Shown: piece after piece, positions 1 to 13,459 of the stretch
How the letters are laid out: every line of letters begins with the position of its first letter
How positions within the stretch are numbered: position 1 is the first letter of the stretch
NCBI GenBank assembly: GCA_964106915.2
Contig: OZ066918.1
Reading direction: 5' to 3' (one strand)
From: Podarcis gaigeae
Taxonomy: Eukaryota
Length of the DNA: 64,000 nucleotides
Program-made: the position numbers and the translations under genes
The notes under the pieces: model-generated
What the model saw: the letters and a program-made list of their open reading frames with translations, nothing else
Told to the model about the DNA's origin: nothing
Database searches by the model: none

Positions 1-83
1 TAAGTGTTCAGGTCATGCTTGGGGTATCTGAAGGCTCAATCCTTGTCAGAGGAGTCATCTCGAAGGTCCCAGCTACATAAAAT

Positions 84-140
84 ATGCTTAATAGCCCTGG
101 ACCCTGATTGGCATGCTTAATAGCCCTGGACCCTGATTGG
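84..140. repeat. Tandem duplication, 28-bp unit x2 (period 29)
   Basis: ATGCTTAATAGCCCTGGACCCTGATTGG at 84-111 and 113-140. Confidence 0.95.
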
Positions 141-1527
141 ACTTTATTCCATAACCTCCCACAGAACACGCTTCCTGGATGTATTAGGTCAGGAGAGATG
201 CTATATCCCTCTGGATTGCTCCAGCAGAAAGTGGCACTAGGCAGTCTCCACAACTGGACACATCTCCTGGTAAGACCCAGTGAGGTAAACAGCAACCCTC
301 TCAAAAGATTCACCACCCCCAAGAAAACAGAACTTCTGCCTTGCCTCTTGAAGGGGGCATATTTCCATGAAAGGGGGTGGCGTTCATATCCTGGCTGAAG
401 CCCAAGCCAGGATAGCTCCTCCATTGATGAAGATCACAATGCTGTCAAGTGAGAATACCTTATGTGGCCTCCTGACTCCAACATGAGTCACTTTCAGTAT
501 CTCTGGTGGCCCTTCTGCAGTATGACCTGTGGACAAGGTACCTGACCCACCTGCATAATCAGAGAGGAAGATTTAAGTACTTCCCAGCTCCAAGGAATGC
601 TGGTGTCAGAAGGTACAGGTAAAGGCAATCACTTGTTGGCAGAAGAACCAGGCTTCTTGGGGGTATGAAGACTCACTGGGAGCCAAGAACTTTGTAGACT
701 GAGCTAACCAGTTGCTGTTGGGCCTGGGTGACAAGGCTACATAAACTCAGTTGTAGTCTGCTTGTTACTTGCTAGAAGAACACAGACTCTTCGTTCTAGT
801 TAGCCCAGCTTCTTGTTCCAGTGGCCTACTCTGACTGATCAACTTTGTACTACTGATCCTTGCTAATTCCTCAATCTTGCAATCCTGCCTACCTTTTGAC
901 AGCTGTGCTGCTCTTAACATTGGCTTTGTCTCACAACCCTGCTATTGGATCATGAACACTCTTAGATACATGCCCACTGTGGATGATCTTGATTTCTTCT
1001 TAAAATCCTGTTTCTGGATTGCCCTGATATGTGACTGCCACCAGATGAAGGCAGGATGGGTCGTATGGGAGGATTTCAGCCCAGCATTAGTTAAAGCACG
1101 GTCAACCCAACATTACTAGTAGAACTCCTGTTGCTGATTAGAAGTCTGCAGAATTAACTGGACCCAGCCAACATCCAATGGGCCATTGGTGAGCCAAACG
1201 GCAAGGGGATGTGTAATGTGCCATCATAAATTTATTTCTGCCTACCATCACTCATCCTTCCCTGGATTCCCAACATGAAATGAAAGGCCTCTTCCTCTCA
1301 CATTCTCTGTATGGCATACTTGAAGGGGTTATAGTGGAACTATCTTGTTCCCCCCCTGATACTTGCCAGGTCCCACTGGGTGTGATTTCTTGCTCTGGGG
1401 ATAAAGGAAAGACTGCCCTTCCTAGCTGTAAGGTAGTTGTGTGTGCTGTTCTTAACAAAATGAACTGTTTATGAAACTACCTGCTCCTACTGAGTGCTGA
1501 GTCTATTTATTGGTAACATTAATATTG

Positions 1528-1945
1528 GGTTACTCCAGTGCACTCTATGTTGGGCCTGTTTCAGATGCTCCCGCTGGTATAGAATGCATCAGCTAGACTG
1601 ATGATGGGGTAGATACCCAACAGCATCTGCTAAAACATTTGCACTGACTACTCATATGCTACCAGGCCAAGCTCAAGGTTCCTGTGTTAAACAACTTGGG
1701 CCCAAGATTCCTTGAAGACTGCCTGAGCCCTTTTATCCCAGCTCAATTGCTGAGATCATCCAAAGGAGGAATGTTAGTTGTCCCCAGTGTTAAGGAAGAC
1801 TGTCTGGCCTCCCCTAGAACTTGAGCATTTAGCGTCACCAGTCCGATGCTGTGGAACACTCTTTCAGCAGAGTTTGACATGCTTGCTTTTGACTTCCAAG
1901 CATCTCTGCAAAACCATTTTTGTGCCAACAGGCCTTTGCAGTGGT
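1528..1945 (+). mobile_element. L2-type LINE ORF2 3' remnant (degenerate)
   Basis: Decayed equivalent of the YCNALY.GL...QNA.ARL...LHWL...AQ.KV C-terminal motifs typical of L2/CR1-group ORF2. Confidence 0.65.
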
Positions 1946-2957
1946 CTGGGGTGCCAACTTTAATAAAATATGGGTGGGGGCAGGTAAAGCCTAACCCACA
2001 TAATTGATCACATGATGTGGTGCTCAAACACCATTTGAATGGCAGTGCCCATCAACTTTGGCACATACTCTTTGCTCATGGTGGGGTTATGTCTCTCACT
2101 TGGCACCAAGCCTTTAAGAAAGTCAGAAGTGGCACAGGTTTCTCTCACTATATCTGATCAACAAAAAGAGAAAGATAGTCACTCACTATAAATCTGCTAG
2201 AGAAGGTCAGAAGTTACAAGAGAATCTCGGAACAGCTTCTTTCAACAAAGCTTGGCATGAGTTAAGAGGCAAGGCCAGAGAACTTCTGAGTAGAGTGATG
2301 AAAATAACGGCCAGATTTGTGATGGGACTGGATCACAGGAAGCAGTTTCTAGGCTCTCAACACTGCAGTAACAAATGAACAGGGGCAGAAAACTATTCCT
2401 TTGGGAATTTTGGCTTTGTGCTAGCTATCTTCTATCGTCTGGTCTATTCCCAGAAGAAAAATAACTTTTCACAGTCACAGGAAGCATCTTTTATTGGCCA
2501 AGATAATAATAATCTTTATCAGGCTTACTTTAGCATTATCTTGAGAAGGCAAACTCTCTAAAGCCAGGTAAGAGCTCTCTCTCTCTCCATACCCTTCAGC
2601 TTGAACACTGATAGATGGATATTAATATCCGCTTGTGCATTTAGGGCCTGATGGAACTTCATTCAATTTAAATGAAAGGTTCCCATTTTCTTCTATGGGC
2701 TTTGGATCAAACCTCATGACAGCACAATTTCCTTCCCTTTTAGCAAAGATCTTATTTTATTATTATTGCTGTATTACTGGAGGAAGGCCTGTTGTTAAGT
2801 TTAATTGACAGGTCTTGGGGGAGGGAAGAGAATTCTGCTCCTCTCCCAACCACACAATAGCACTTCTCCTCTAATACACTACACCCTACAATCAGATGGA
2901 GGGGTCAGGCCTAACATTCCAAATCTTTTCCCCTGCTTCCCCCAGTGAATGACACTA

Positions 2958-3198
2958 CAGTGGTACCTCTGGTTATGAACTTAATTCATTCTGGAGGTCC
3001 GTTCTCAATTTGAAACCATTCTTAACCGAAGGCATGCTTTCTCTAATGGGGCCTCCAGCTGCACGTGCACCTCCGGTGTGTGATTTTCGCTCACATTCTG
3101 GGGCAAAGTTTGCAACCAGGAGACCTACTTCTGGGTTAGCGGAGCTCGTAACCCGAAGCGTTCACAAGGAAAACAGTTTGTAACCAGAGGTATTACTG
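2958..3198. mobile_element. Tc1/mariner-pogo (Tigger-like) MITE, 241 bp
   Basis: TIRs CAGTGGTACCTCTGGTTA / TAACCAGAGGTATTACTG with TA on both flanks. Confidence 0.9.
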
Positions 3199-3734
3199 TA
3201 TGTAGGCAAGGCAGTAGCATAGTGGGGGGGGGGGCTCGGGGAACAGTCACACCAGACAGCTTTTGGGGGGCACATTCCTCACGACACCTTGCTGCATCAC
3301 CAGCTGTTGCATCCTTCTCACACTGCCCTCCAGCTGTAGCGTGCCTTAAGAAGGACGCAACAGCTCCCTGTGCCCCCCCCAGTGTCGCTTTACACCCTGC
3401 CCTGTTCTGTTCTTCTCACCCATCCTCCAGCTGGAGGGCACCTTGAGAAGGACACGACAGCTCACATGGGCCCAGTGTAGATAGAACCAAACCTTCTTTC
3501 CTATCCCAGGGAATTAAGCCTGCTTCTGACTGCATAGACCCACCCCTTTCACCATCAAAATGCCATTCTAGGTTCTGTTTGCTGGTCATGGTGCACTGTG
3601 GGAAGGCACACAGAGCTGGTTCTCACATAATGCAAAGCCAATCCATAGCTTAGTATGAAGGGGAGTAGCAGATGAAAGAGGTGCCAGATGACCCCGTGTC
3701 CTTCTCTCACAGAACTCCTTAGATCTACACTGCT

Positions 3735-3890
3735 TTCTCAGTTTCAACCTTTCCTCCTACTTTATAATATGGAAAAAATAATACTGACCTACCTTACCAG
3801 GCTGGTGCTAAAAGGATTAGCAACTGAGATAATGGATGTGAGGTGCATTTGAACATTTGAAATGTGTTATATAAATGCAAAGTAATTACT
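3735..3890 (+). mobile_element. Old CORE-SINE (MIR/Ther1-like) 3' fragment
   Basis: ATAATACTGACCTACCTTACCAGG...GGATTA...GAGATAATGGATGTGA...TATATAAATGC pattern. Similar fragments near 29180-29490, 34395-34590, 35640-35770 and 63720-63985 (-). Confidence 0.55.
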
Positions 3891-5654
3891 ATTCCTTTGA
3901 TATTTATGGAGCTATGTATTTATGCCCTCGGCATCAGAGTACAAAATTTGGCCCAATTACTGTCCCCTATAGAGTTTTCAGTGAGATTTCTACAAGGTCA
4001 GCAATATATATATTTTCCAGATAGAGTGGGAAAGCCTGTAGCCGTTATTTATAGAGGAGAACTGTTTTCCTGGGGGGGGGGGGGGAGATGACCCATGGCA
4101 GAATATAATGCTGGAAGACAAGAGTATCTGAATCTTTCCTCTTGGCGCAGTGTGAAATATAGTATTGAAATGACATCTTCATCCAGCGTGCCTCAAGTTC
4201 ACAGCCATATGTCCTGGTATACTGCCCAGTTCGTTCTTTCTTGCCACGGTTGGTGATTAAAAATGTTACATGAGCTTCTAGAAGGACTTTGGTTGGCCAC
4301 ACTTTTTGCTTCTGTGCCTTACTTCATAGCTGCCTAACATTCAGGAATTAACATGCAGGTGAATGTGCATGTATGTTTGTCATTTCAGGCTGCAGCGTCT
4401 TACGGCTTACATTTTTCATTCTTTGTTTTCTTTCTTTTCCTTATATTTTCACTTCTTAACAAATCTATAAAAGATGTTAAAAATGAAATCAATATGCAGG
4501 CAAAGCTTTCCCCCATCTTGTCTCTCTGCCAGGAAAACCTTCACTCCCTAAATTTCTGTATTTTGGGCTGCAGTGGAAGGCAATAGAGCAAAGCCAGTAG
4601 TAACAACAATACTGGAACAGTAACAGCAACAGTGGAGTTGGCAACCCTAGTAAAGTTTGTCTGCTTTGGCCATTAGCCAAACTTAAATACTGAGTTTTGA
4701 TAGTGCTTTTCTTTCAGAGCAACTTTTCTGCTCCATGTCTTTTCTCTTGTTTTGGCATCAACGCGACTGCATTAAAGACTTGGATGCAGCTTCAAAATGG
4801 CACCATGAAAACTGTACCTCTTATCTGCAGTCCTTTCGGATGCAAACAAAGCTGCCAGTGGGAGAGAAGAAATCAGGAAATAAGCATTTTTCATACTTGT
4901 AAAGGACTCCCCTAGACCTGTGCAGTTGCTGGCCATGACCAAGCAAGTCATCCCAAAGTGTTTATAATGAATAGGCAGTTGCACTGGTGAGGTGATGTAG
5001 GTGGGGCTCTGTTCCTATCCTGGATTCCCAATACAGGAAGTCACTGCTGATTACCAAGAAGGAGAGGGCAAGGCACAGGTTGCTCAGTGTGGTACAGCAT
5101 GTGGCGACAGGAGAGTTGGATTGGCTCCACTGTACCAAGCTCCTCGTGCCTCACCCCTCACCCTTTTGGTAAGTGATAGTGGCCCACTGTGTTGGGAAAC
5201 TGGGAGAGCAACAGAGTCACCCATCATCTCCCATGCTGCCTCACCAGCTTCAATGGGCAAGGAACAACCTAAGATTCTTCAGGGGCCCAGAAAAATGCAG
5301 AGAAGTGTTCAGGGCAAAGCACATTTTAATTAAAAGTATAAATAGTCCTTTGAATGAGGCCTAGCAGACTCTTGCCTAGGAGCCTGAGTAAGTCTGTCTT
5401 GTGGAAGAGCCATAAAACCTGGTTGGCTTCCTGGACACTTCTGGGCCCAACTCTTAGTACTACTTTAGACCTTCAAAGCCTTCAAAGTGGTTTGGGAAAC
5501 CCTGGTCTAGAGGTTACACTCTCTTAACACATACAATACAGTGGCATTCTTCTAACAGGATAGTAATCAACTGATACACACTCAGGTATGAATGGGTTCT
5601 TGATGAGTCAAGGAGGAATAGTAACTTTGGTCAAGTCAAGTCCAGCACATGATC

Positions 5655-5699
5655 TGGGGAAACCCAGCCAGATGGGTGGGGTATAAATAATAAAATAAT

Positions 5700-5732
<33 letters not shown>
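5655..5732 (+). mobile_element. Short LINE (L2-type) 3' terminus with (TAA/TCA)n tail
   Basis: GGGGAAACCCAGCCAGATGGGTGGGGTATAAATAATAAA + triplet tail; the same terminus recurs at ~46490 and, reversed, at ~63090. Confidence 0.7.
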
Positions 5733-5733
<1 letters not shown>

Positions 5734-6499
5734 TGTTGAATCGCAAGGATTCTGTCTAACTAGCATGAATAAATGGAGTGTCTTCCTTCTCCCATATATT
5801 TATCCAGTTCTTCTGTGAAATCAGCACAGAGGAAGTCACAGATCCAAAGGGTGTTGAACGCAATGCTCTCTATTTATGGAGGTGCCGCACATACAGGCAT
5901 TCAGTTTGAGATAGGCTGAAGATGGCAGTCTAATTTTGACTGTGAGGGGTTTCCCTCCACTCATTCTTTCAGTGTGGTGTTCTTCCCTGGAAAGGCTGAA
6001 TTTCCAAGCACCCTGTCGGGAAAGATCACTCTCACCCAAGTGAAGCTGCCAACACGAATCTAAAGACTATCTAAAGACTGGTATATGGCACTTGGCACTG
6101 AATATTCCCTTCAGCCACACTGTCTTCTTCCAAAATACAACTATTCTCTGAGATATGCCATTCTGAATGTCTGTGAATTAACCCAGACCACTCATACACA
6201 TACACAGGCACTGTAAGAATAGTTTCACACACTATAATATAGAGGGAAATATGAGTGCATAAGGAGTTGAGAGCTCTAAACTTTACTCATTGTTATGTCA
6301 TTCAAGAAATTGGAAAGGTTAGCCTAGAGGTGATGTGGCCTTTGGGTCACCAATATTCAAATGATACCCCAGCTTATCTCTCATCCGAATCAGGAGAGGC
6401 AGTGCAGATGGTGAATCAGTGCCTGTGGGTAGTAATGGGCTAAATGTGGAATAATAAACTGAAGTTGAATCTAGACAAGAGGGAGGTTCTATAGGTGAG

Positions 6500-7690
6500 C
6501 AGCTCTCAGGTCTGGGAAATGATAGATCAATCTGCTCAATATGGAGTTGCACACCCCTTGAAGGATCAGGCACCTAGTTTTCCAATGTTCCATGAAGCAT
6601 CTTTGTCCCTTGAGGCCCAGTTGGGCTTGGTCCTTAGGTGTGTTTACTCCCAGCTCTTGCTGTTGCACCAACTATAACAATTTCTGACCAGAGATAGCTC
6701 CATGTCTTGGTAACCTCCAGGTTGGACAATTGCAATGCACTCTACATGGGTCTACCTTTGAAAATGTTCTAGAAGTTTGTTGCACAACGGTCAATTAATC
6801 AACGCAGTCTTCTTTATAAACAGAATGAAACTTTACTGAAGACAATAAACTTGTTCAGAAACAGCAAGGTTAAAGAGCATACACAGAGTGCTCATAGCAG
6901 CTATCTGACTCTTCACAGAGGCATAGCCTTAGTTGCTGATTAACTGGAGTCCTGGAGCCACTCTGCCTGCAACAACTATACATTCACATAGGCGCACTCT
7001 GAACTGGACTGAGGCCCACAGAGAGTCTGGCTACCTTTTATAGGGAGAATGAATCATCACCCAAGATGAGTCACGAGTCACAGTGCCTTAGCAGTTTGCT
7101 GTTAACAGTTAGCAGATACCAGGCTTAGGCTTGAATGATTGTGTAGGCCTTGTAGGCCTTACTTCTTCTTCTGCTCTCAAGAACCTTTGTCTCATGACAA
7201 AGTTGCAAGTTGTGCAAAATATTGTGGCCAAGCTGCTGGTGAGTGCCCAAAGATGTTCACATATAAGCAAAAACACATGAATCTAAACAAAATATGTGAA
7301 CTACACAACCAGTGTAGTGTTCACTGATTCACATGAGGATTTTCACATTTAAGCAAAATATGTGACCACTATACTGGTTGCCTGTTGCATTCTGGGTCAG
7401 ATTAAAGTGCTTGTGTTGACATTTAAAGCCCTAAATAACCAACTTCAAAGTATCTGAAGGAAGCCTCCTCCCATATAATTCTGCCTGTGTGTTAAGATAT
7501 ATGGAGGCAATCCTGCTATTGGTTGCCACAATCAATGAGACCCTGCATTGGCAGGTCTTATGAGAAGAAGACTCCTGCCTCAGGAATATCCTCCCATTAG
7601 AAGTATCTCTCCCTATCACATTGTCATTTCACTGTTTAGTGAAAACACACCTCTTTGGGGAGGGTACTTTGGACTGGATTTTTATTGCTG
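6500..7690 (+). mobile_element. L2-type LINE ORF2 remnant interrupted by a solo LTR
   Basis: LVTSRLDNCNALYMGLPLK before 6778 resumes as KLQVVQN after 7199, then decayed LYWLPV...IKVLVLTFKALN. Confidence 0.8.
6778..7199 (-). mobile_element. Solo LTR (422 bp) of an LTR retrotransposon/ERV
   Basis: TGT...ACA termini; perfect 5-bp TSD AAGTT (6773-6777 and 7200-7204); TATAAAAG on the minus strand near 7035-7042. Confidence 0.85.
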
Positions 7691-10600
7691 CTGCTGTTTT
7701 ATTTGTACAGTAATTATGTGGACCTATTTTACTATTGTTGTTTAACTTCAGTTTTGATTTTGTTTTGGTGAAGTGTGGACTATATACACATAAATAGCAA
7801 GTAATTAAGCAATCAGTCGGGTGGGGTACAAATAATAAAGTTATTATTATTATTAGTAGTAGTAGTAGTAGTAGTAGTGTTTTCCATAGATAGTATCTCA
7901 GGTAGAAGGCCCTGGTCCAAAAATTTTCTATGTAGAAGAAATTATATCTATGTCAGAACCATTCAAATGCTCAGGCTCCAGTTGCACCCTGAAGATTATA
8001 TTGCTTGGAAAGCTTTAGCACATCATTCTGCTGCTAATATAAAATAGTCCATAGAAAGAGATTTCCAACAATCTTGAATCTGGCTCTTGGTTATTCTTTC
8101 TTTATTTTCTTATTGCCAGTGTCATTATTTCTAGTGAGGCACAGCAAACGTTTGAGTCATAGAGGTGTCTTGTTGGCATTGTTTCGGCTGTAATTTGAGA
8201 TATCGTGCGACACTGTGGGGATTGGAAACATAGATCCTGGGTGATTTGGGGCTGAGGAAATAAAGAGAGGGGGGTAAGGGTGGTGCCATGATACATTTAA
8301 AGGGATGCTCATGATACTTGCTTGCTACAGAAAATGGGTGTTTGTTTGTTGGTTTTAATCCCGTGAGCTTGACCATGGAATTGGATATTCAATCTTTTAT
8401 TTCACAGCCTCAGAGAGCGGGCATCCCTCCCATGTCTGAAATGAACTGTCACTCACTTTGCCACCTGTACTAGCCTGACATAATGTTAACTGGCAGTTTG
8501 CTAACATTCCAAATTGCCACCACGCTCTTTAACTCAGCCACTGGAATTCTTACTCAGAGTCTGCTGTTCAGCAGTGTTCAACACCTGCTGCCAGGGAGCA
8601 TGGCAATACAGTGCTCAGGTAGCCTACTAAACAAGCTAGAATTTATCACCACATAGTGAGCTACAGTGCAAGTGAGGCAGGAGAAGGGAAATGAAAAAAA
8701 AACAGCAATGTATTCTTTATAGCCATTGGACGTTCACTTCAGGTCAGCAGAGCTGAGAACACTGACCCCTGAGGCTGCTGGAGAATAGAAAAGGCTACTA
8801 GAAGAATTATAGACAGGTTAGTCTTCCACTCCCATTGGTGGGTCAGAATTAGTGGTTGAGGAGAGTTCCAATTCACATTTAAAGTCAAATTTATATAATC
8901 CATGCTTTCCAAAACAATACGTGAAATGAAACACTGTTGCCTTTGAAATTCACAGTTCTCTGAATTTTGCAATACAGTTCTCCAGCCATGTAATGTGTTC
9001 AAAAATCCATATGCTGCAGTAAAGTGTGCACATTCTGTGCACATAAATGAAAATAAAATACGTTATAACATGCATTATATTAGGGAAAGTTCATTTGCAA
9101 AAATGTGCATATCAGGCAAATTTGCATACAGACATGACTATATTGGGAGAAAAGTACACTAAGATGCTGATGAATGTGTAGGAGGACTAAAAACAACAAC
9201 TTGGAAACTTATGACTGGAAGGATTTAAAACTGAAAGATGGTAAGATTTGCCTATCATTAGTAAGGATCAACAGATGGTTTGTTCTGAGATCTAAGGTGG
9301 TTTAACTATTCTTAAAAATAAGAGTTTTATAAACCTTACAGCTATGGCAAAACAACAACAACACTGTCCATCAATTATTTGAGAGAAAATGTCCTAAACA
9401 AAAAGCAAAACAAAAAACACATTGCCGGGGTGCATTTTAAAAATCATTGAAATTCTGATCCAATTTCAGTTAATGGTAAGAATCTGAGTTACCTGATCCT
9501 GTGCACACAGTTTTTCCACACATTGGCCTAGACCTGGAAAATGGTATGTACAGATTGTGAGTTTGTACTCTGCACTCACAGAGTTTGTACAGATTTACTC
9601 AATACATAAAGAACAACTGCCTGAAGCGAGAGGGACATGCTGGAAATATCACAACAGCCTCACATGCATTTATAAGAAAGACTGCTTTGGACAAGGCTAT
9701 GCTAATCAAATAATATGTATACATAAAAGAACTAGCAATTAGTAAAGTAATGTTGCAGTTCAGAATCTGCCCTTCAGGTTGCCATAAATTGGTGTGATTA
9801 ATCCAACTGAGAAAATGCATGTTGCACTGTTGTGTGTGTGTGTGCATGAATGAATAATATGAATTCAAAATACATAGTTTCCACCTCTATTTTGTTTATC
9901 AACATAGCATCATGTGCACATTTTCAGCACACATAATCTAATAAGAGCAAAGGGAATTGCATTGTCCGTCATCCACCAGAAAATGTAGCATTCAAAAGGC
10001 ATCATATATGGGTACCAAAATGCAATATGGTGTTTGATTAAATCAAGATCCTGCCATATTATATATTTACAAACACAAACAAACAGAATTTGTGCCCTTG
10101 TGAAAAAAAGATATTTAAGCATCGTATCTTCTTAGCTTCTTGCATGCTGTAATAAGAGTGTGTTCAGTGTAGAGGGAAATAAATACCACAGTCGCTTTAA
10201 ACTAAGTTGAAAAATCCAGCAAGAAGGAATGGCTACATATGGGGCAACAGTTGCACAGCAGATATTTGCTAAGGATCATCTTTATTGTCAAACTCATACA
10301 CTGTGGCAGAGATCCCAGAAACAGTAGATGAGCAGATGTGTCTGGTGGACTGAACCACTTCAGACTGCAGGTGGGGAAACAAGTTAGAATCCTGTCACAC
10401 GTGTGTTGGTGTGGGGATACTGTACATGGAAAGCTCGAACATCATTAGGAAGGGTATTCTAAAGCAGTTCTCTCAAGAATTTAGTTATCTATGGGCAAGG
10501 ATTTATACATTTATTTGGATGAAGGAACACTCAGTGGTACATGCCTACCTGCAGTCTCAAGTGGTCCAGTCCTCCAGAAACAGGTTTATGAACTCATTTA

Positions 10601-10791
10601 CTAGCTGGCAGAGCTAGTTCTACTTTGAACATGTGAGGACAATGTCTGGTAGAATCTCTGTAGCAGCATTGGGGTGGGTGGGTGAAGACGCAGGGCTTAC
10701 CCAGGCCATTTTGTTACCTGAGATAAAGATCCCCACCCCCCTTGCAGATTTCGTGTGCAGGAGTTGCCTGCTCTGGCAATTGGAATCTTGC

Positions 10792-10818
10792 TTCAGCACT
10801 GGTAACTGGGACAGCGCT
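10792..10818 (+). promoter_or_regulatory. Candidate non-canonical (split) RE1/NRSE REST site
   Basis: TTCAGCACT + 8-nt spacer + GGACAGCGCT, versus consensus halves TTCAGCACC and GGACAGCGCC. Confidence 0.5.
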
Positions 10819-12824
10819 CAACCTGGGGACAGCAGCCTAGTGTCAGGGTTGTGTAACAGGTATGTGGCATACATAGTTCTGATCTCCAATGAAGGGGAGT
10901 AGCCAAAGGGCTCAGGAAGAATGTCTGGGGAGAACAATAGGAAAAATATATGCCTTCTTTTAATGTCATTGGTGTGTGACCACAGAGGAGTGAGCTTCTT
11001 TTTACTCTGGGGAAAAGTTTCAAAGAAAATAGAATAACTTATGAAATGGACATTTTTTCTGCCTTTCACTTTCTCAGGATACCTATTATGGGGCTAATAA
11101 AAGGCAATTCAAAGATAACTTGCCATAAGTGAACTAAAGGTGAATTACCAAAATACACTAGGTAGGTTCAGATTCTTCTAACAGCAAAGCTATCAGAGGA
11201 AAGTAGCTGACCTCAGTTACAAAAGCGGCATTTTTCCATTTGATAAATGGGGTGAAATTTAACACATGCAAATGACCCACCTTTTCTTTCCATATACAGC
11301 CATGGCTGGCAGTGCAACTTTATGCATGAGTGCTCAGAAGTAAGTCCCATTGAGTTCAATTGTGCTTACTCCCAGGTAAGTGGATTCAGGATTGCAGTCG
11401 CAATCAGAAGCTGTGATTTCTGCTGCATCCCTGTACTCTGAAGATAGGAAGAAAGGGACGAAAAATGCCCTAGAGACTGGAGACATTTGCCAAAGTAATT
11501 CTGTGTTGCCAACCAATTCATGACAGCTGCACAGCAAAAAAGCAGCTATTACTGTTAATAAAATGATTAATTTGCCACTTTTAATAACTGATTTCAAGAT
11601 GGTGGTGGGGATGTTGTGTGCTGTTGCTGTAGTTGTTATAGCTGCTGATTGGAAGCCAAAATAAAATAAAAGTAGGAGCCAAAGCAGGAGCCATCAACAT
11701 TGTGCCCTTCCAGATGTTGTTGGCCTCCAACATCCATCAGCCCTAGACAGTATGACCAGGGATGAACATTACCAACCCCAACCCAAGGGCTCAAATAAGG
11801 CAGATGGTCTGTGATCCCACATCAAGCTGTACTCCTACACACATCAGCCTGTCCTGTGACCTAACATAGCATAGGGTAAGTATGGATGACCAGCTTGCCA
11901 CATGGTTGCTTGGTCATCTATATTGCTACTGTACAAAAATAAAAGAACCCCCCCCCACACTTTTTTCTGTCACTCATTCTCATGCATGGTGGATTTGGGA
12001 TCTTGGTTAGCCTTTGCCACATTTCTCTGGACATCTGTACTGATGGAGAAAGAAGGCAGCAAGAGAAAAATGTCACGATAATGGGTGATATCAGTTATCC
12101 TCCCACTGACTGGGTAAAGTGTCCACTCAGATCATGAGGAGGAAACAAAAATTCTAGATAGGATAAATGATTGTGCCTGAGAACAGTTAGTTGTGTAGCT
12201 GACAAGAGGGGAGGAAACTCTTGATTTAATACTGAGCAGTGCTCAGAATCTTGTTAGAAATGTGTTCCTGAATCACTTGGGAACAAATTCAACACTGGAG
12301 ACAGGAAAATTGGCGAGAAAGTCCGACATTTTATTGAAGAAGACAGAATTTCTCAATAATTAGGTCTTTTAAGTTAAAAGGACATGGGAGAGGGAAGGTT
12401 GGCTGATCAAATCCTTTCAAGAAGCGTGGAAGTTTTTCTTTAAAAAAAACAACAACAACCCACAACCCTGCTATAATAGAGGCTTAGATCAAAGGAAGAG
12501 TACATCACAGATGTGAAAGGCTATGAAGAAGTCCAAGAGGATGCCAATCACGCTCTAAAAGCAAAATCAAGTGATGCTTGCCAACCAGATTGGAGCCAAA
12601 ATGGGGTCAATGAAAAACAAGAGGATGGTATTATCAGCATACTCAGGATTCCCCTAAGGTTTGCTAAAGTATATATAATCTTTATCACTATTATGAAGCC
12701 TAAGGGGTCATCTTATCCCAGCCAAATGAAGAATAAGCATGTTCATTAGCTGCAAAATGCTGTCAGTTGGAAAAGAAAATGGGGAAATGGAGTGGGAAGA
12801 ATGGAGTGAAGAATCTTGGGGCAG

Positions 12825-13330
12825 GATATTCCTGGCTGGCTGGAGCACCCATGGTCGAAGGTGAAGGCATACTGCAACATTTTGCAGCAAGTCCCACCTG
12901 TATGGCAATACAACATAGAGGGTGTGGCTGCAGTGCTCCATGCTCTGATAACCTGAAGATGTGGGACTGCCCTTGAAGACAGCTTGGAAGCTGAGACTGT
13001 ACAAACTGCAGTGGCCAGGGTTCCAGCAAGCACTACTGGCTGGGCACATAGTACATAGGTTCTTAAAGACTTGTTTTGGTTACCTGTGTGTTTCTGAGCC
13101 CAGTTCAAGGTACTTATATTGGCACACACCGCCCTAAATAATTTGAGCCCCAAATATCTGAAGGAGTACCTCTTCCCATACAGATTTGCAGCAAAGGCCC
13201 TGCTGGCTGTTCAGCTACCCTATGAACTGTGGTAACCCCAGGCTATGAGTAGTGCCTTCCCTCTAACGTGCATCTGGTCTAATCATTGTGTACATTTTGA
13301 TGTCAGGTCAAGATGCACCATTTTGCATAG
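12825..13330 (+). mobile_element. L2-type LINE ORF2 3' remnant nested in the CR1
   Basis: Decayed GLPLKTAWKL.LVQ...LFWLPVCF.AQFKVLILAHTALNNLSPKYLKE motifs. Confidence 0.7.
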
Positions 13331-13459
13331 GCTTGTGGGAGTGAAGATATCCCTTTCATTGCACTGTTGCTACTCTTTCTGACTGCTGTTGGTTCTGTTT
13401 AAATTCTGGTTTAGTAGTGTTCATATATTACATTGCTTGCTGTACAGAGCTGGTCCTAG

